IMG/VR virus record: IMGVR_UViG_3300031857_000110
Direction: 5' to 3' (one strand)
Length of the DNA stretch: 64,000 bases
DNA from: a virus
The notes under the pieces are model-generated. The model was not told the DNA's origin. It was given only the letters and a program-made list of their open reading frames with translations, and did not search any database. Positions 1-10,276 of the stretch are shown here, in pieces. The position numbers and the translations under genes were made by a program. Each line of letters starts with the position of its first letter. The first letter of the stretch is position 1.

Positions 1-10
1 TTAAGGCTAG

Positions 11-58
11 GGTCACCTTTTAAAGTGGCCTAAGCTTTCTACACTCACCCTCAAAATC
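11..58. repeat. 48-bp direct repeat, copy 1 (identical to 1201..1248); contains imperfect palindrome GGTCACCTTTTAAAGTGGCC
   Basis: Exact 48-nt identity with 1201..1248 read directly; both lie about 35-40 nt upstream of an ATG. Confidence 0.9.
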
Positions 59-94
59 TACTATACTATTAAAGGTTAAATACAATTCCTAATT

Positions 95-649
95 ATGAGT
101 ACATTTAATCCAACACTATTCACTCAAATGGAGCTACCATCTAGTTCTTACGACATCGAAAACCTATCATTGGAAGAACTAGATGCTTTATTGCCAGAAC
201 TTGAAACTAAATTGCAGTCTCTAGAAACACCCCCAATTGATGAGGTAGTTGAACAAAAGTTTAATAATGAATGGGAATTAATTTTTGGTTGTCTGGAAGA
301 GGAGTATAACTCAGATTTAAATACAACAAAACAGGTGCTATATATCTATACTGCTTTTGAAAATTTACTTAAAGAACTAATTGGAGATGAAAATACAAAA
401 TTATTTCTGAGGATCTCTAAACAATGTATCAACGAGAAGTCATTTAAATATGTTAATCGTATATATTCAAAAGTTGATACGCCGGTTGAAAATGCTACAA
501 TTAAGCTATTTTTCAGCATTCTACAGAACAAGTTTGGTAAACTCAAGAATTGGGAATTGAAAAGTAATATTAATTATATTACCACAGAATATCCAGAGCT
601 AAAAGAAACCTGCTCCATTCTTAAAGAACTTCAAATCATTACCTTTTAA
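95..649 (+). CDS. hypothetical protein (184 aa)
   Basis: ORF track; preceded by the 48-bp repeat; no recognisable motif. Confidence 0.5.
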   Translation: MSTFNPTLFTQMELPSSSYDIENLSLEELDALLPELETKLQSLETPPIDEVVEQKFNNEWELIFGCLEEEYNSDLNTTKQVLYIYTAFENLLKELIGDENTKLFLRISKQCINEKSFKYVNRIYSKVDTPVENATIKLFFSILQNKFGKLKNWELKSNINYITTEYPELKETCSILKELQIITF

Positions 650-655
650 TTCATC

Positions 656-1189
656 ATGCAAACACTCCAAAATCCCCAAGAAGTCAAATCACTAATTGAA
701 CAAATCAAAAGGCGTAAATTTGAGATTGAAAATTCAAAGACAATTAAAGATTTAATTGCAGATTCTTTTCGTGAAAGATGGGAAAGAGTTGAAAAAAATA
801 AAATTGAAAAATTTCAAAAAGTTATTCAACATGCTCAAACTTCTCTAAGAGTTGAAATCTCAATCATTGAATCCCTGCGTCAACTTGTAGATGATGAATT
901 TGTTCAGAATCTAGAATATGGATTTTCGCTCGTTCGTAAAACAAATGATTTGCGCTCTATTAAGAGTGTTTATTCTAAATATCAACATGATGAGAAACTT
1001 CGCCAGGTTTTGAAGCTTATCACTTGCGTTTATAAGTATAATACTGAAACTGATAAGCTAGCATTAAACATGATTAAGTTTAATTTAAAATCTAGAATTA
1101 AATATGCAATTCTTTGTCCGCATTGTGGAGAAGTCGCTAAAAGTATTCTAACAAATATTCAAAACACCAAGGTTCTTCAGCTTCCATAG
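656..1189 (+). CDS. hypothetical protein with C-terminal CPHCG zinc-ribbon-like motif; paralog of 44878..45357
   Basis: C-terminus KYAILCPHCGEVAKSIL resembles KYATICPHCGSLAAEFI in 44878..45357. Confidence 0.55.
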   Translation: MQTLQNPQEVKSLIEQIKRRKFEIENSKTIKDLIADSFRERWERVEKNKIEKFQKVIQHAQTSLRVEISIIESLRQLVDDEFVQNLEYGFSLVRKTNDLRSIKSVYSKYQHDEKLRQVLKLITCVYKYNTETDKLALNMIKFNLKSRIKYAILCPHCGEVAKSILTNIQNTKVLQLP

Positions 1190-1200
1190 GATTTATCAAA

Positions 1201-1248
1201 GGTCACCTTTTAAAGTGGCCTAAGCTTTCTACACTCACCCTCAAAATC
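1201..1248. repeat. 48-bp direct repeat, copy 2
   Basis: Identical to 11..58. Confidence 0.9.
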
Positions 1249-1262
1249 CATTATTCTACATC

Positions 1263-1538
1263 ATGACAGCAGAACCCCTTTTCGTTTATGAAAATTCTTG
1301 GTCATCACCACGATTTCTATTCAAACAAAACATTGGTGACTTTGTTGGTGCTACTTCTTTAAGTATCAATCTTGATGAGTTTACTGAAAATAAAACATTT
1401 TTCGGAAGATCTGGAAGTTTTAAAGTAAGTGGAGATTACTCAAATGTAAAGAGATTTGGTCAACTTCTTGAACGAGAATATGGTAAATATCTTTCGCTTG
1501 AAGCTGACTGGCCCTACTACGATTCACTTGTTTATTAA
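1263..1538 (+). CDS. hypothetical protein (91 aa)
   Basis: ORF downstream of repeat copy 2. Confidence 0.45.
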   Translation: MTAEPLFVYENSWSSPRFLFKQNIGDFVGATSLSINLDEFTENKTFFGRSGSFKVSGDYSNVKRFGQLLEREYGKYLSLEADWPYYDSLVY

Positions 1539-1548
1539 TTTTTAGAAC

Positions 1549-2247
1549 ATGTTCATCTCATTTGCTCTAGCGCACACCCTTAGCACTGCACCAGTACAAA
1601 TTCCATTTCTTGTCACTGAGCCTGTAACAATTGCTCGTAGTTATGGGAGCCGCTCTAGTTCTTTTCGCTCTAGTTCTTTTCGCTCAAGTTATTCTGCACC
1701 ATCTCGTATTCGTGTAAACTCTACATCTGTTCAAAGGGTTTCACCTCCAAGGACAATTAATATCTCTAAACCAGCCAATTCATCTTTAACACCAAAACTT
1801 GGGCCAACTCTACAGAAAACAACCTTGAAAAGGTTGGCAGATAAAAATGGGATGGTTCCAATTACTAAATCTGCTCCACCAAAACCAGTTCTAGTTTCGG
1901 CACCAAAAACAACTCCACCTAAAACTATTATTTCTGCTCCTCGTCCAAAAAATACAATTGCTGCACCATCAACCTCAAGGTATTATCCACAGCCATCAAA
2001 TTCACCAGTAATTATTCATCAAGATTCATCATTTTCAAATCCTTGGATGTGGATGTATCTTATGGATAACCGAAACCAAGCTCCTCAAATTTCAACAAAT
2101 GCTGCACTTAGAAATTTGAATGGTGATACTGTCAGCACCAAAATTGTGACACGGGAAGAGAGAAATCCACTTAAGGATTTTCTTCTTATTTCTCTTGGTC
2201 TTGGTTGTGGTATTCCTGTTGGGTATCTTTTCTTAAACAAAAAATGA
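1549..2247 (+). CDS. Pro/Ser-rich hypothetical protein with SSSFRSSSFRSS tandem peptide repeat and C-terminal hydrophobic anchor
   Basis: ORF track; low-complexity PS-rich sequence; C-terminal LLISLGLGCGIPVGYLFL hydrophobic stretch. Confidence 0.5.
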   Translation: MFISFALAHTLSTAPVQIPFLVTEPVTIARSYGSRSSSFRSSSFRSSYSAPSRIRVNSTSVQRVSPPRTINISKPANSSLTPKLGPTLQKTTLKRLADKNGMVPITKSAPPKPVLVSAPKTTPPKTIISAPRPKNTIAAPSTSRYYPQPSNSPVIIHQDSSFSNPWMWMYLMDNRNQAPQISTNAALRNLNGDTVSTKIVTREERNPLKDFLLISLGLGCGIPVGYLFLNKK

Positions 2248-2290
2248 AAACTCCAGAATGATTCATATGGCTCATAACTGAGCCTTTAAC

Positions 2291-2374
2291 CGGCCTCTGA
2301 TGGAATAGGTAGACATAGTGGACTTAAAATCCCCTGTCCGTAAGGGCGTAAGAGTTCGAGTCTCTTGGGGCCGA
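2291..2374 (+). tRNA. tRNA-Leu (anticodon UAA), class II with long variable arm; no encoded 3' CCA
   Basis: Manual fold: acceptor CGGCCTC/GGGGCCG (7 bp, one GU), D-stem ATG/CAT, anticodon stem GTGGA/TCCCC, loop CTTAAAA, variable arm GTCC-GTAA-GGGC, T-arm AAGAG-TTCGAGT-CTCTT, discriminator A. Confidence 0.7.
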
Positions 2375-2381
2375 TTTAAAC

Positions 2382-2436
2382 GATAAAGAATCCTTATCAA
2401 AAACACCTTGACAGTTCAAACCACTTCGGTTATCGT
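2382..2436 (+). promoter_or_regulatory. hairpin GATAAagaatccTTATC followed by sigma70-like promoter TTGACA-N17-TATCGT
   Basis: TTGACA at 2408..2413, 17-nt spacer, TATCGT at 2431..2436; same hairpin-plus-promoter layout recurs downstream in the window. Confidence 0.5.
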
Positions 2437-2462
2437 TAAATCAACCAAGCAAATGAGCCTCA

Positions 2463-2825
2463 ATGAACTTAATCAATTTGATTATAGAAGGAATCCCAAC
2501 AAAAAATGACCATACCTTAAAGGTGAATAAGCCACTACTAATTTTTAAAATTGCAATTCAAGCTCCATTTCAGATCTTTAACATACTTTCTAGTCAAATT
2601 GCTTTCCTTAGTGCCAAAGGAATTGATTTTCTATACATTGTTATACGAAAACCACACATTAGTACAATTGTATTTTCCAGTCTTCTGGGAGCTTTAAATC
2701 TTCTTTTTGATCAAATTTCTGAAATTTGTAGAAAATTGATTCAAGCAATTGATTTCATTTTCCCAAAATACTATCACTACATTCAATTATCATCCAAAGA
2801 GCAAGAAACAAATGAACATTCTTAG
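2463..2825 (+). CDS. hypothetical small protein
   Basis: ORF track only; overlaps next ORF in another frame. Confidence 0.3.
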   Translation: MNLINLIIEGIPTKNDHTLKVNKPLLIFKIAIQAPFQIFNILSSQIAFLSAKGIDFLYIVIRKPHISTIVFSSLLGALNLLFDQISEICRKLIQAIDFIFPKYYHYIQLSSKEQETNEHS

Positions 2826-3048
2826 AGCCTGGATCTTAAAACTTAATAGAGCAGATCGTAATGCAACTGTAAACTGGTTAAACATAATCATTCGGTTATT
2901 GATTATCTCTATTATTCTTTTCCCCAGTGCATTACTCATAATCTTAGTTGAGATTATTAATAAGGTTTTAAATGGAATTTATGATAAAACTTATAATTTT
3001 ATTGATATGTGGTTCCCACCAGTAAAATATACAAAAATTACCAAGTAA
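2749..3048 (+). CDS. hypothetical small membrane protein
   Basis: Hydrophobic segment IIIRLLIISIILFPSALLIILV. Confidence 0.3.
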   Translation: MISFSQNTITTFNYHPKSKKQMNILRAWILKLNRADRNATVNWLNIIIRLLIISIILFPSALLIILVEIINKVLNGIYDKTYNFIDMWFPPVKYTKITK

Positions 3049-3311
3049 TCAAACCCAACCAATCAACCAATCAAAGAACAATGGCATTCAAAGTTTCGTT
3101 TACCACTAAAACCAAAAAAATCACCATTTACCCACATTGGCTCATTCTTGAAATTTGTATTGCGGTTCCACTGATTATTATTGGTGTATTGGTTTTAATT
3201 GGCTATGGCTTATTTGCCACTCTTCTATTTGCTATTAACAAGATGATTGATACAGTTCAATATCTTATCCCATCTGGAATTAACGTAAGCGATAGAGAGC
3301 AAAATAAATAA
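3009..3311 (+). CDS. hypothetical small membrane protein
   Basis: Hydrophobic segment LILEICIAVPLIIIGVLVLIGYGLFATLLF. Confidence 0.3.
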   Translation: MVPTSKIYKNYQVIKPNQSTNQRTMAFKVSFTTKTKKITIYPHWLILEICIAVPLIIIGVLVLIGYGLFATLLFAINKMIDTVQYLIPSGINVSDREQNK

Positions 3312-3330
3312 TTTCAGTTGCAATGATAAA

Positions 3331-3609
3331 ATGGACTACACCATCACAACTTGTTTTAGATGGTTACTGTTCCCAAAAAATAAAAAGGAGATCGTAAAAA
3401 TCTACAAGATTGAAGGATTTCCTTTTTCATTTGACCGTCTTCCTGAACTAGCAAGAAATGAACCTGAAATAATCAGCGAAGCTAATGAAAAAATGGCAAT
3501 AAGAATTGAACAAATGTCTAGGTGGTCTAATTATCTAATAGCAGAAGAAGCACATCCATTTTTCTTTGATTTGAAACTAAAAAATCCAGAAGAACTTCCA
3601 ACTATTTAA
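3331..3609 (+). CDS. hypothetical protein (92 aa)
   Basis: ORF immediately upstream of the giant structural gene. Confidence 0.35.
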   Translation: MDYTITTCFRWLLFPKNKKEIVKIYKIEGFPFSFDRLPELARNEPEIISEANEKMAIRIEQMSRWSNYLIAEEAHPFFFDLKLKNPEELPTI

Positions 3610-3626
3610 ATACTCATTCATAAATA

Positions 3627-6600
3627 GTGCATAAGTTATTTTATGCACTAAGAATGGGGTTATCAAGACTTAGCCAACTGTTATCAAATATAACCGGAAG
3701 AACTTTATATGTAAACCCTGATTCAATAGATGCAACAGATTCTATTGAAAATCGTGGCAATTCTCCAACAAGACCTTTTAATGGTCTAAACCGTGCAATC
3801 GCAGAAGCTGTAAGATTCTCATATCAAACTGGACCAAATAATGATAGATTTGCTAGATGCACCATTATTCTTTCCCCTGGTTATCATAGAGTAACTAATC
3901 GCCCTGGATGGATTCCAGATGGTTCAAATAATTTCATATTAAGAAACGGAACAACTTCAAGTAATTTCTCTCAATGGGATATTAATACTAATTTTGATTT
4001 TAATTCAAGCAATAATGCACTCTATAAATTAAATTCAATACATGGTGGAATTTTTCTACCTCGTGGTGTTAGCATTATTGGTCAAGATTATAGAAAAACT
4101 ATAATTGTTCCAGATTATATTCCAAATCCTGAAAATGATTTAATTGAAAGATGTGGAGTTTTTCTTCTTACTGGTCAGAACTTTATTAATGAAATAACCA
4201 TTGAAGACCCTTCAGAGAGTGTTTATATTGATTACACAAATAATAGATATTCTCCAAAATTTTCACAACATAAATTAACAAACTTTGAAATGGCAGATGG
4301 TGTAAATCCAGTTGCCATAAATGATGGAATTATTGAATATTCATCTACTAGAACCGATCTTCAAATGTATTATGAGAAGATCGGTCTAGTTTTTGGTGCA
4401 TCTTCAGGTAGAGAAATAAAACCAGATTATCCCTCATCTTCAGTTGATATTCAACCAAGAATTGATGAATATAGAATTGTTGGTTCAAGAGGAAAGGAAG
4501 TCTTATTAAGTGCAATACAAGCTGGAAATGGTATTACCGCCACAACCACAATTACTGCAACTCTCTCAGAGCCTATTAATGATTTAGATGTAAATACTCC
4601 AATTAGAGTTCAAGGTGTTCCAGTTTCTGGATATGACGGCCAATTTATAATTAAACAAATCATTAGTCCAACTCAAGTAGTTTATGAAGTTTCAGTTGCT
4701 CCAATAGTTGCAAATCCATCTTTAGCTTCATCAACTGCAACTTTAAATATTTCTGTTGATACTATCACATCTTCTTCGCCTTATCTTTTTAATCTAGCAA
4801 GTAAAACTGTTTGGGGGAGAAATGGCCTTGATGTTGATGGCTCTAAAATTTCTGGCTTTAAGTCAGTTGTAGTAGCTCAATTTACTGGAATTGGCCTACA
4901 AAAAGATCCCAAAGCATTTGTAAAATATAATACAGCTTCTGGAATTTTTGAAGATTTTTCTGCTTCAGGTAACGAAAATATTCAAACATCTAGTAGAGCA
5001 TATTATAAACCCTCTTATGAAAACTTTCATATTAAGGCGAGTAATGATGGTTATGTTCAAGTAGTTTCAGTATTTGCTATCGGTTATGCCCATCAATTTT
5101 TATCAGAAAGTGGTGCAGATCAATCCATCAATGCTTCAAACTCTAATTTTGGTTCAAAAGCCTTAGTTTCTCGTGGATTTAGAAGTTCAGCATTTGTTCG
5201 TGATGATGTTGGTTATATTACACACATTATTCCACCGAAAGAAATTAAAACTACTGAAAATGCAATCACATACGATTCAATTGATGTTGGCATTACAACC
5301 TCAGTTGGACTAGCATCTCGCTTGTATTTTTATAATAAAAAATCTCTCGCTTCTCCCCCAGATTCTGTCATTGAAGGATTTAGAATTGGTGCAAACCCTT
5401 ATGATTCATTAAGAGTTGTTATTAATTCTAGAGAATATTTTTCAACAATTGTGATGCCAAACTCGGCTAAAACGGGTGAAAAATCATATTCTGTTGGTAG
5501 AAGTAATGCTGGAATCAATAGTATCACTTCAGATACATTTACATTAACTGAAACTCATACATTTGTATCTGGGGAATCTGTAAGAGTTATTAGTGAAACT
5601 GGGCAACTTCCAAATAGTCTAAATTCTGGATTGTATTATGTCATTACTACTGGTAATCCAAATGAAATTAAACTTGCTCAAACCTTCACAGATGCCTTAA
5701 CAGGAACAGAACTGTCTGTGAGCCCCTCTGGGGGGCCTCTGAGCATCGTTAGTCGGGTCTCAGACAAAGTGGCCGGAGAAATTGGACATCCTATTCAATT
5801 TGATCCTAATAATGGTTGGTATATCACTGTAGCAGTTTCTTTTGATAATCTTTTAAATAGCATCTATTATAGTTTGAATACAGTTTCAAGAATAGCGACT
5901 CAAAGAACATATTTTTATCGTAGAAATGACAATCGTAGTTTGGGTGATACAATATATAAGCTTCGTTATGTTATTCCATCATCTGTTGATGCGGCTAGAC
6001 CTCCTCTTGACGGCTATATTATTCAAGAGACTAATAGTACAATTGGCAAATCAAATACTGAAGTTGAGTCACAATTTAATCCATCAACAACTACATTAAA
6101 TTCAACATTCCAACTAAGAAACCAAAAGTTGATTGCCAATGCAAGTTGGTCAGCAAATACTGCAACTTTTGAATGTGAAGTTTCTCATAAACTCTCCATT
6201 GGTTCTGAAGTTGAAATAAAAAATGTAAAGAGCACTAATAATACAACTAGCCTAGATAACTTAGGTTATAATGGAACATTCATTGTTACTGAGATTGTTA
6301 ATGGAAAAATATTCAAAGTCATCCTTGAAACTAATCCTGGAACATTTACAAACAACACATCACAAAGAACCGTAGATTCACCTTATTTTATAAGAAAAAA
6401 ATATAATAATATCTTCTACATTTATAAAGTTGAAGAGACTAAAAAACATATTCCCGGTGTTCAAGATGGAGTTTATTATCTTACTATACTGAATTCGTCA
6501 AATTATCCTGCAGTAGAACCCTTTAGGAATAAAGGATATTCTCAACCAATTCAAAATCTTTATCCTCAGAAGAATAGGGACAATCCAATTTCTGATCCAA

Positions 6601-9600
6601 AGGAAACGGCTTGTTATACTCTTCCTGATCCTCTTGGGCAGGTTGTTGTAAATAATCCACAATACTCACTCACAAAAGAAACTTTACAAAGAGTTTTTCT
6701 TGAGAATGCTATTGGTATTGGTGTCACAAATATCATTTCAAATAGTGCTGGAACCGCTCACACAATTTATACCACATTAGATCATGGACTTGATCCAATT
6801 ACTTCAGTTTCAATTACGTCTCCTGGAAATGGTTATGGAATTGGATCTGGGAGTAATGAAACTTACTATAATGCTAAATTAGTTAATATTTCTTCATCCG
6901 GTGAAAATGCAACAGCGAGTATTATTGTAAATTCAAGTGGATCTATCTCTAGTATTCGTATTATGGATGGTGGCAGCAATTATAATGTTGGAGATAGATT
7001 AAGTGTGGTTGGAATTGCAACGACAACTGGATATACAGTTGGAATTGTAAGTGTTGCATCAATTTATAGTCATGTTGGAGAAACAATAAAGGTCAATAAA
7101 ACTTTAGACCGATACAATACCAGTTATAGAATTACTGGAATTACAAGTAGTAGAGCGATTCAAGTAAGTTCTGCCTCTTCAATAATCTCTCCATCTATAT
7201 CTGGAATTGGAAGTGTTTCAATTGGACAATGTTATGCTGAATTGACCGGAAAAGCCATTGCAATCTCATCAGTCGTCCATTCATCTGGAATTGCAACTAT
7301 AACAACAATTGATTCACATGATTTATACGTTGACAATAAAATTCTTTTTGGTGGATTTACTGAAAGTCCATTTAATAGAGAGTTTTTAGTGAATGGTGTT
7401 GTTGGTCTCAATACATTTACAGTAGCTACAGGTAGTACAAATATTTCTGTATCTTTCACTCAAACTCCATATGCCTATAGACAAGGTGCAGCTTCTAATG
7501 GTGGCTCTTATACTAATGACAATGAAGGTTTAAGAACTAGAATGATTCCTTTATATTCTGGAATCACTACAACTTTATCTGGAAACATTAATTCCACTAT
7601 AACTACAATTAATGTTTCAAATGCAGTTAATTGTGGTCTAAAAATTGGAGACTATTTACAAATTGATGAAGAATTTGTAAGAATTTCAACAACAGTTGTT
7701 TCCAATACCCTTACTGTTTTTCGTGGGGTTTTGGGTTCAAGAAGTTCTTCACATTCTTCTGGAGCTATTGTTTATAAGATTGGCATTGTTCCCATTGAAC
7801 TTAGACGCAACTCTTTACTTCGGGCAAGTGCACATACATTTGAATATAATGGCTTTGGATCTGGAAATTATTCATCAGCTCTACCAGATAGACAAGATAG
7901 AACCTTATCCCAACAGGAAGAATTATTAGCACAATCAACCAAAGAAAATGGCGGCATCGTTGTTTTTTCTGGGATGAATGCAAATGGTAGTTTTTATGTT
8001 GGAAATAAAAAAGTTAATTCTGCAACTGGAACCGAAGAAATTTTTGAGACTCCAATACCTACTATTACTGGCGAAGATGTCAGTACATTAAGTGGTTACA
8101 ATAATGTAAATACATTTGAAGCGACTATTAATCGCTCTCTGTTTGTTGAAGGTGGGGCTAACAAAAATCTTATTTCACAATTTGATGGACCCGTTGTTTT
8201 TAATAATAAAATAGTTTCAAATTCTGAAAGAGGATTTGAAGCATCTTCAATGCTATTATATGGTCAAGGATTAACACCAAGAAATTATACAATTGGTTCA
8301 TCTGAACCGAAATTATCTGGAAATCCTGGTGATGTTCAATATAATTCAGAGCCAATAAGTGGTGGATTTTTAGGTTGGGTCTATACCACAAATAATCGTT
8401 GGGAAAAATTTGGAAAAATCGGAAGCAGTGGATTATCTGTTGATAATAGTGTCGGAGTTTCTAGTAATGGCTCTTTTGTTGGACTTTCAACTCTTATTGA
8501 CTTTAAGACAAGTGGAATTGTTCTGACTTCTTCATATGATTCAGTAAGCGGGATTACAACATTAAATTTTTCTGGTGCTTCACCTTTAGGTAATAGTATT
8601 GGTATTTCAACTGGTTCTAATAATTTTGTTGGAATGGCAACTCAAATTAATTTTGTCGGTAGTCCAAATATTGATATAATTGGAACTGGTGGAACGGGAA
8701 TTAATACAATAAGAGTCGGAATTTCATCTACTTCTTCAATATTAGCTTCAGGTTTCATTAAAAGAGGTGCAACCGGAACCAATTTCTTAAAAGCTGATGG
8801 GTCAGATGCAACCATTACTTACAATGAGGTTACCAATGCCTTAGGTTATGTTCCTGCAAATTCAGGTTCAGTCTCTGGTGGTTCTGAAACTGGTAATTCA
8901 ATTATTTTAGATCAATTATCATCTTTTAATGGAATTACTTCTACATTTGATTTAAAACTTAATGGGAATCTTTTTGTTCCCCCTGGTGGACCTGCTAATT
9001 TAATTGTATCTCTTGGCGGAATTATTCAAAGGCCAGGAACTGATTATTTTATTCCTCAAAATGCTGGAATTAATACAAGCAAGATACAATTTACTGATGT
9101 ACCTTTATCTGGTCTTTCACACTTTATTGTTAGTCTTGGTGGTCAAGGATCCCTATTAAGTAATGGATCTTGGAACTCTAAAGGAGATTTAGTTGTTGGT
9201 CTTACTGATAATAATGCAGGTATTTTAAGTGTTGGTGCTAATGGTCAGGTTCTTACCGTTGATAGTAATTCTCCAGTTGGAGTAGCTTGGACTGATGGCC
9301 CAAAAATAATTTTAGCTGGATCTCAAAATACAAGCAGTGGAAATTCAATTAGTTATACAGACATTCCAAGCTGGGCTAAAAAAATTACAATATCATTTGA
9401 AGGGGTTGGTATTAATGGTTCTGGAGATATTCTAATTCAATTAGGAACTAATAGTATAATAACTTCTGGATATGAATCAACAAGTTCAAAAGTTAGTACG
9501 GCTGTTGCAACAATAAATTCAACCAATGGATTCATTGTTGAGAGTGATGGTTTCACTGCCCTAATAGGTGGCCATTTTACTTTAACTACAAATGGAGGAA

Positions 9601-9761
9601 ATAAGTGGATTAGTAGTCATACTATGAGAGGTGGCCTTTCTGCTTCTTATTTCGGAGCTGGAAATGTTACATTATCTTCATTATTACAACAAATTCATAT
9701 TAGTATTACAAACTCAAATAGTTTTACTTCTGGTTCTATTAATGTCATTTACGAGGGCTAA
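3627..9761 (+). CDS. giant (2044 aa) Ser/Thr/Gly/Asn-rich structural protein, probable tail fibre or tailspike with N-terminal right-handed beta-helix-like region
   Basis: Single uninterrupted 6.1-kb ORF; N-terminus RGNSPTRPFNGLNRAIAEAV...ILSPGYHRV resembles tailspike or pectate-lyase-fold starts; S/T/G/N-rich, repetitive beta-rich composition. Confidence 0.8.
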   Translation: MHKLFYALRMGLSRLSQLLSNITGRTLYVNPDSIDATDSIENRGNSPTRPFNGLNRAIAEAVRFSYQTGPNNDRFARCTIILSPGYHRVTNRPGWIPDGSNNFILRNGTTSSNFSQWDINTNFDFNSSNNALYKLNSIHGGIFLPRGVSIIGQDYRKTIIVPDYIPNPENDLIERCGVFLLTGQNFINEITIEDPSESVYIDYTNNRYSPKFSQHKLTNFEMADGVNPVAINDGIIEYSSTRTDLQMYYEKIGLVFGASSGREIKPDYPSSSVDIQPRIDEYRIVGSRGKEVLLSAIQAGNGITATTTITATLSEPINDLDVNTPIRVQGVPVSGYDGQFIIKQIISPTQVVYEVSVAPIVANPSLASSTATLNISVDTITSSSPYLFNLASKTVWGRNGLDVDGSKISGFKSVVVAQFTGIGLQKDPKAFVKYNTASGIFEDFSASGNENIQTSSRAYYKPSYENFHIKASNDGYVQVVSVFAIGYAHQFLSESGADQSINASNSNFGSKALVSRGFRSSAFVRDDVGYITHIIPPKEIKTTENAITYDSIDVGITTSVGLASRLYFYNKKSLASPPDSVIEGFRIGANPYDSLRVVINSREYFSTIVMPNSAKTGEKSYSVGRSNAGINSITSDTFTLTETHTFVSGESVRVISETGQLPNSLNSGLYYVITTGNPNEIKLAQTFTDALTGTELSVSPSGGPLSIVSRVSDKVAGEIGHPIQFDPNNGWYITVAVSFDNLLNSIYYSLNTVSRIATQRTYFYRRNDNRSLGDTIYKLRYVIPSSVDAARPPLDGYIIQETNSTIGKSNTEVESQFNPSTTTLNSTFQLRNQKLIANASWSANTATFECEVSHKLSIGSEVEIKNVKSTNNTTSLDNLGYNGTFIVTEIVNGKIFKVILETNPGTFTNNTSQRTVDSPYFIRKKYNNIFYIYKVEETKKHIPGVQDGVYYLTILNSSNYPAVEPFRNKGYSQPIQNLYPQKNRDNPISDPKETACYTLPDPLGQVVVNNPQYSLTKETLQRVFLENAIGIGVTNIISNSAGTAHTIYTTLDHGLDPITSVSITSPGNGYGIGSGSNETYYNAKLVNISSSGENATASIIVNSSGSISSIRIMDGGSNYNVGDRLSVVGIATTTGYTVGIVSVASIYSHVGETIKVNKTLDRYNTSYRITGITSSRAIQVSSASSIISPSISGIGSVSIGQCYAELTGKAIAISSVVHSSGIATITTIDSHDLYVDNKILFGGFTESPFNREFLVNGVVGLNTFTVATGSTNISVSFTQTPYAYRQGAASNGGSYTNDNEGLRTRMIPLYSGITTTLSGNINSTITTINVSNAVNCGLKIGDYLQIDEEFVRISTTVVSNTLTVFRGVLGSRSSSHSSGAIVYKIGIVPIELRRNSLLRASAHTFEYNGFGSGNYSSALPDRQDRTLSQQEELLAQSTKENGGIVVFSGMNANGSFYVGNKKVNSATGTEEIFETPIPTITGEDVSTLSGYNNVNTFEATINRSLFVEGGANKNLISQFDGPVVFNNKIVSNSERGFEASSMLLYGQGLTPRNYTIGSSEPKLSGNPGDVQYNSEPISGGFLGWVYTTNNRWEKFGKIGSSGLSVDNSVGVSSNGSFVGLSTLIDFKTSGIVLTSSYDSVSGITTLNFSGASPLGNSIGISTGSNNFVGMATQINFVGSPNIDIIGTGGTGINTIRVGISSTSSILASGFIKRGATGTNFLKADGSDATITYNEVTNALGYVPANSGSVSGGSETGNSIILDQLSSFNGITSTFDLKLNGNLFVPPGGPANLIVSLGGIIQRPGTDYFIPQNAGINTSKIQFTDVPLSGLSHFIVSLGGQGSLLSNGSWNSKGDLVVGLTDNNAGILSVGANGQVLTVDSNSPVGVAWTDGPKIILAGSQNTSSGNSISYTDIPSWAKKITISFEGVGINGSGDILIQLGTNSIITSGYESTSSKVSTAVATINSTNGFIVESDGFTALIGGHFTLTTNGGNKWISSHTMRGGLSASYFGAGNVTLSSLLQQIHISITNSNSFTSGSINVIYEG

Positions 9762-9934
9762 TTAATGTCAAAAACTCAAGCAGAGATTTACAAAGATTCA
9801 ACAATTAATGAAAATGATTTAGCAACAGATTCAGTAACAACTCCAAAAATTAAAGATGAGAATGTTACTAGAAGTAAGCTGAGTAATGATGTAAAACCTT
9901 CACCATTTACAACTAGAGGATTTAATTTACCAAT

Positions 9935-10276
9935 TTAACCATCTTCAGGAATAATTAAAATGTTGTAGGAAGCAGTTCCTCCAGATAAAGCTAAAGTAAT
10001 TGATCTAGTGTGTGGAATATAAACCTCTGTTGGAATTGCAGTAGAAATTCTATCTAGCCCAACTGTCATAAATTCCTCCCTTCTAATGGACTTGCCAAAG
10101 GCTCTAGCTGCTGGAGAATTAATAATTGCATTAGCAGCATTCATTGAAATTCCTAATCCTTGAGCTGGAGTATAGACATCACTTGCCCCAAAGTAATTAA
10201 TTACAACTCTTACATTACCCCCAGTATTATTAGTCCAAGAGACATTGCCAGTACCAGAAAGAATTGTTGCTGCCAT
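9935..10276 (-). CDS. hypothetical protein (113 aa), only convincing minus-strand gene
   Basis: No competing + strand ORF; 500-bp noncoding region upstream on the minus strand; non-repetitive sequence. Confidence 0.4.
   Translation of the reverse strand: MAATILSGTGNVSWTNNTGGNVRVVINYFGASDVYTPAQGLGISMNAANAIINSPAARAFGKSIRREEFMTVGLDRISTAIPTEVYIPHTRSITLALSGGTASYNILIIPEDG

Noticed and set aside
2463-3311. Three overlapping small ORFs downstream of the tRNA
   Set aside because: Not fully rejected. They are mutually overlapping in different frames and low-complexity (Ile/Leu-rich) in AT-rich DNA, so at most one or two are real. Listed with low confidence.
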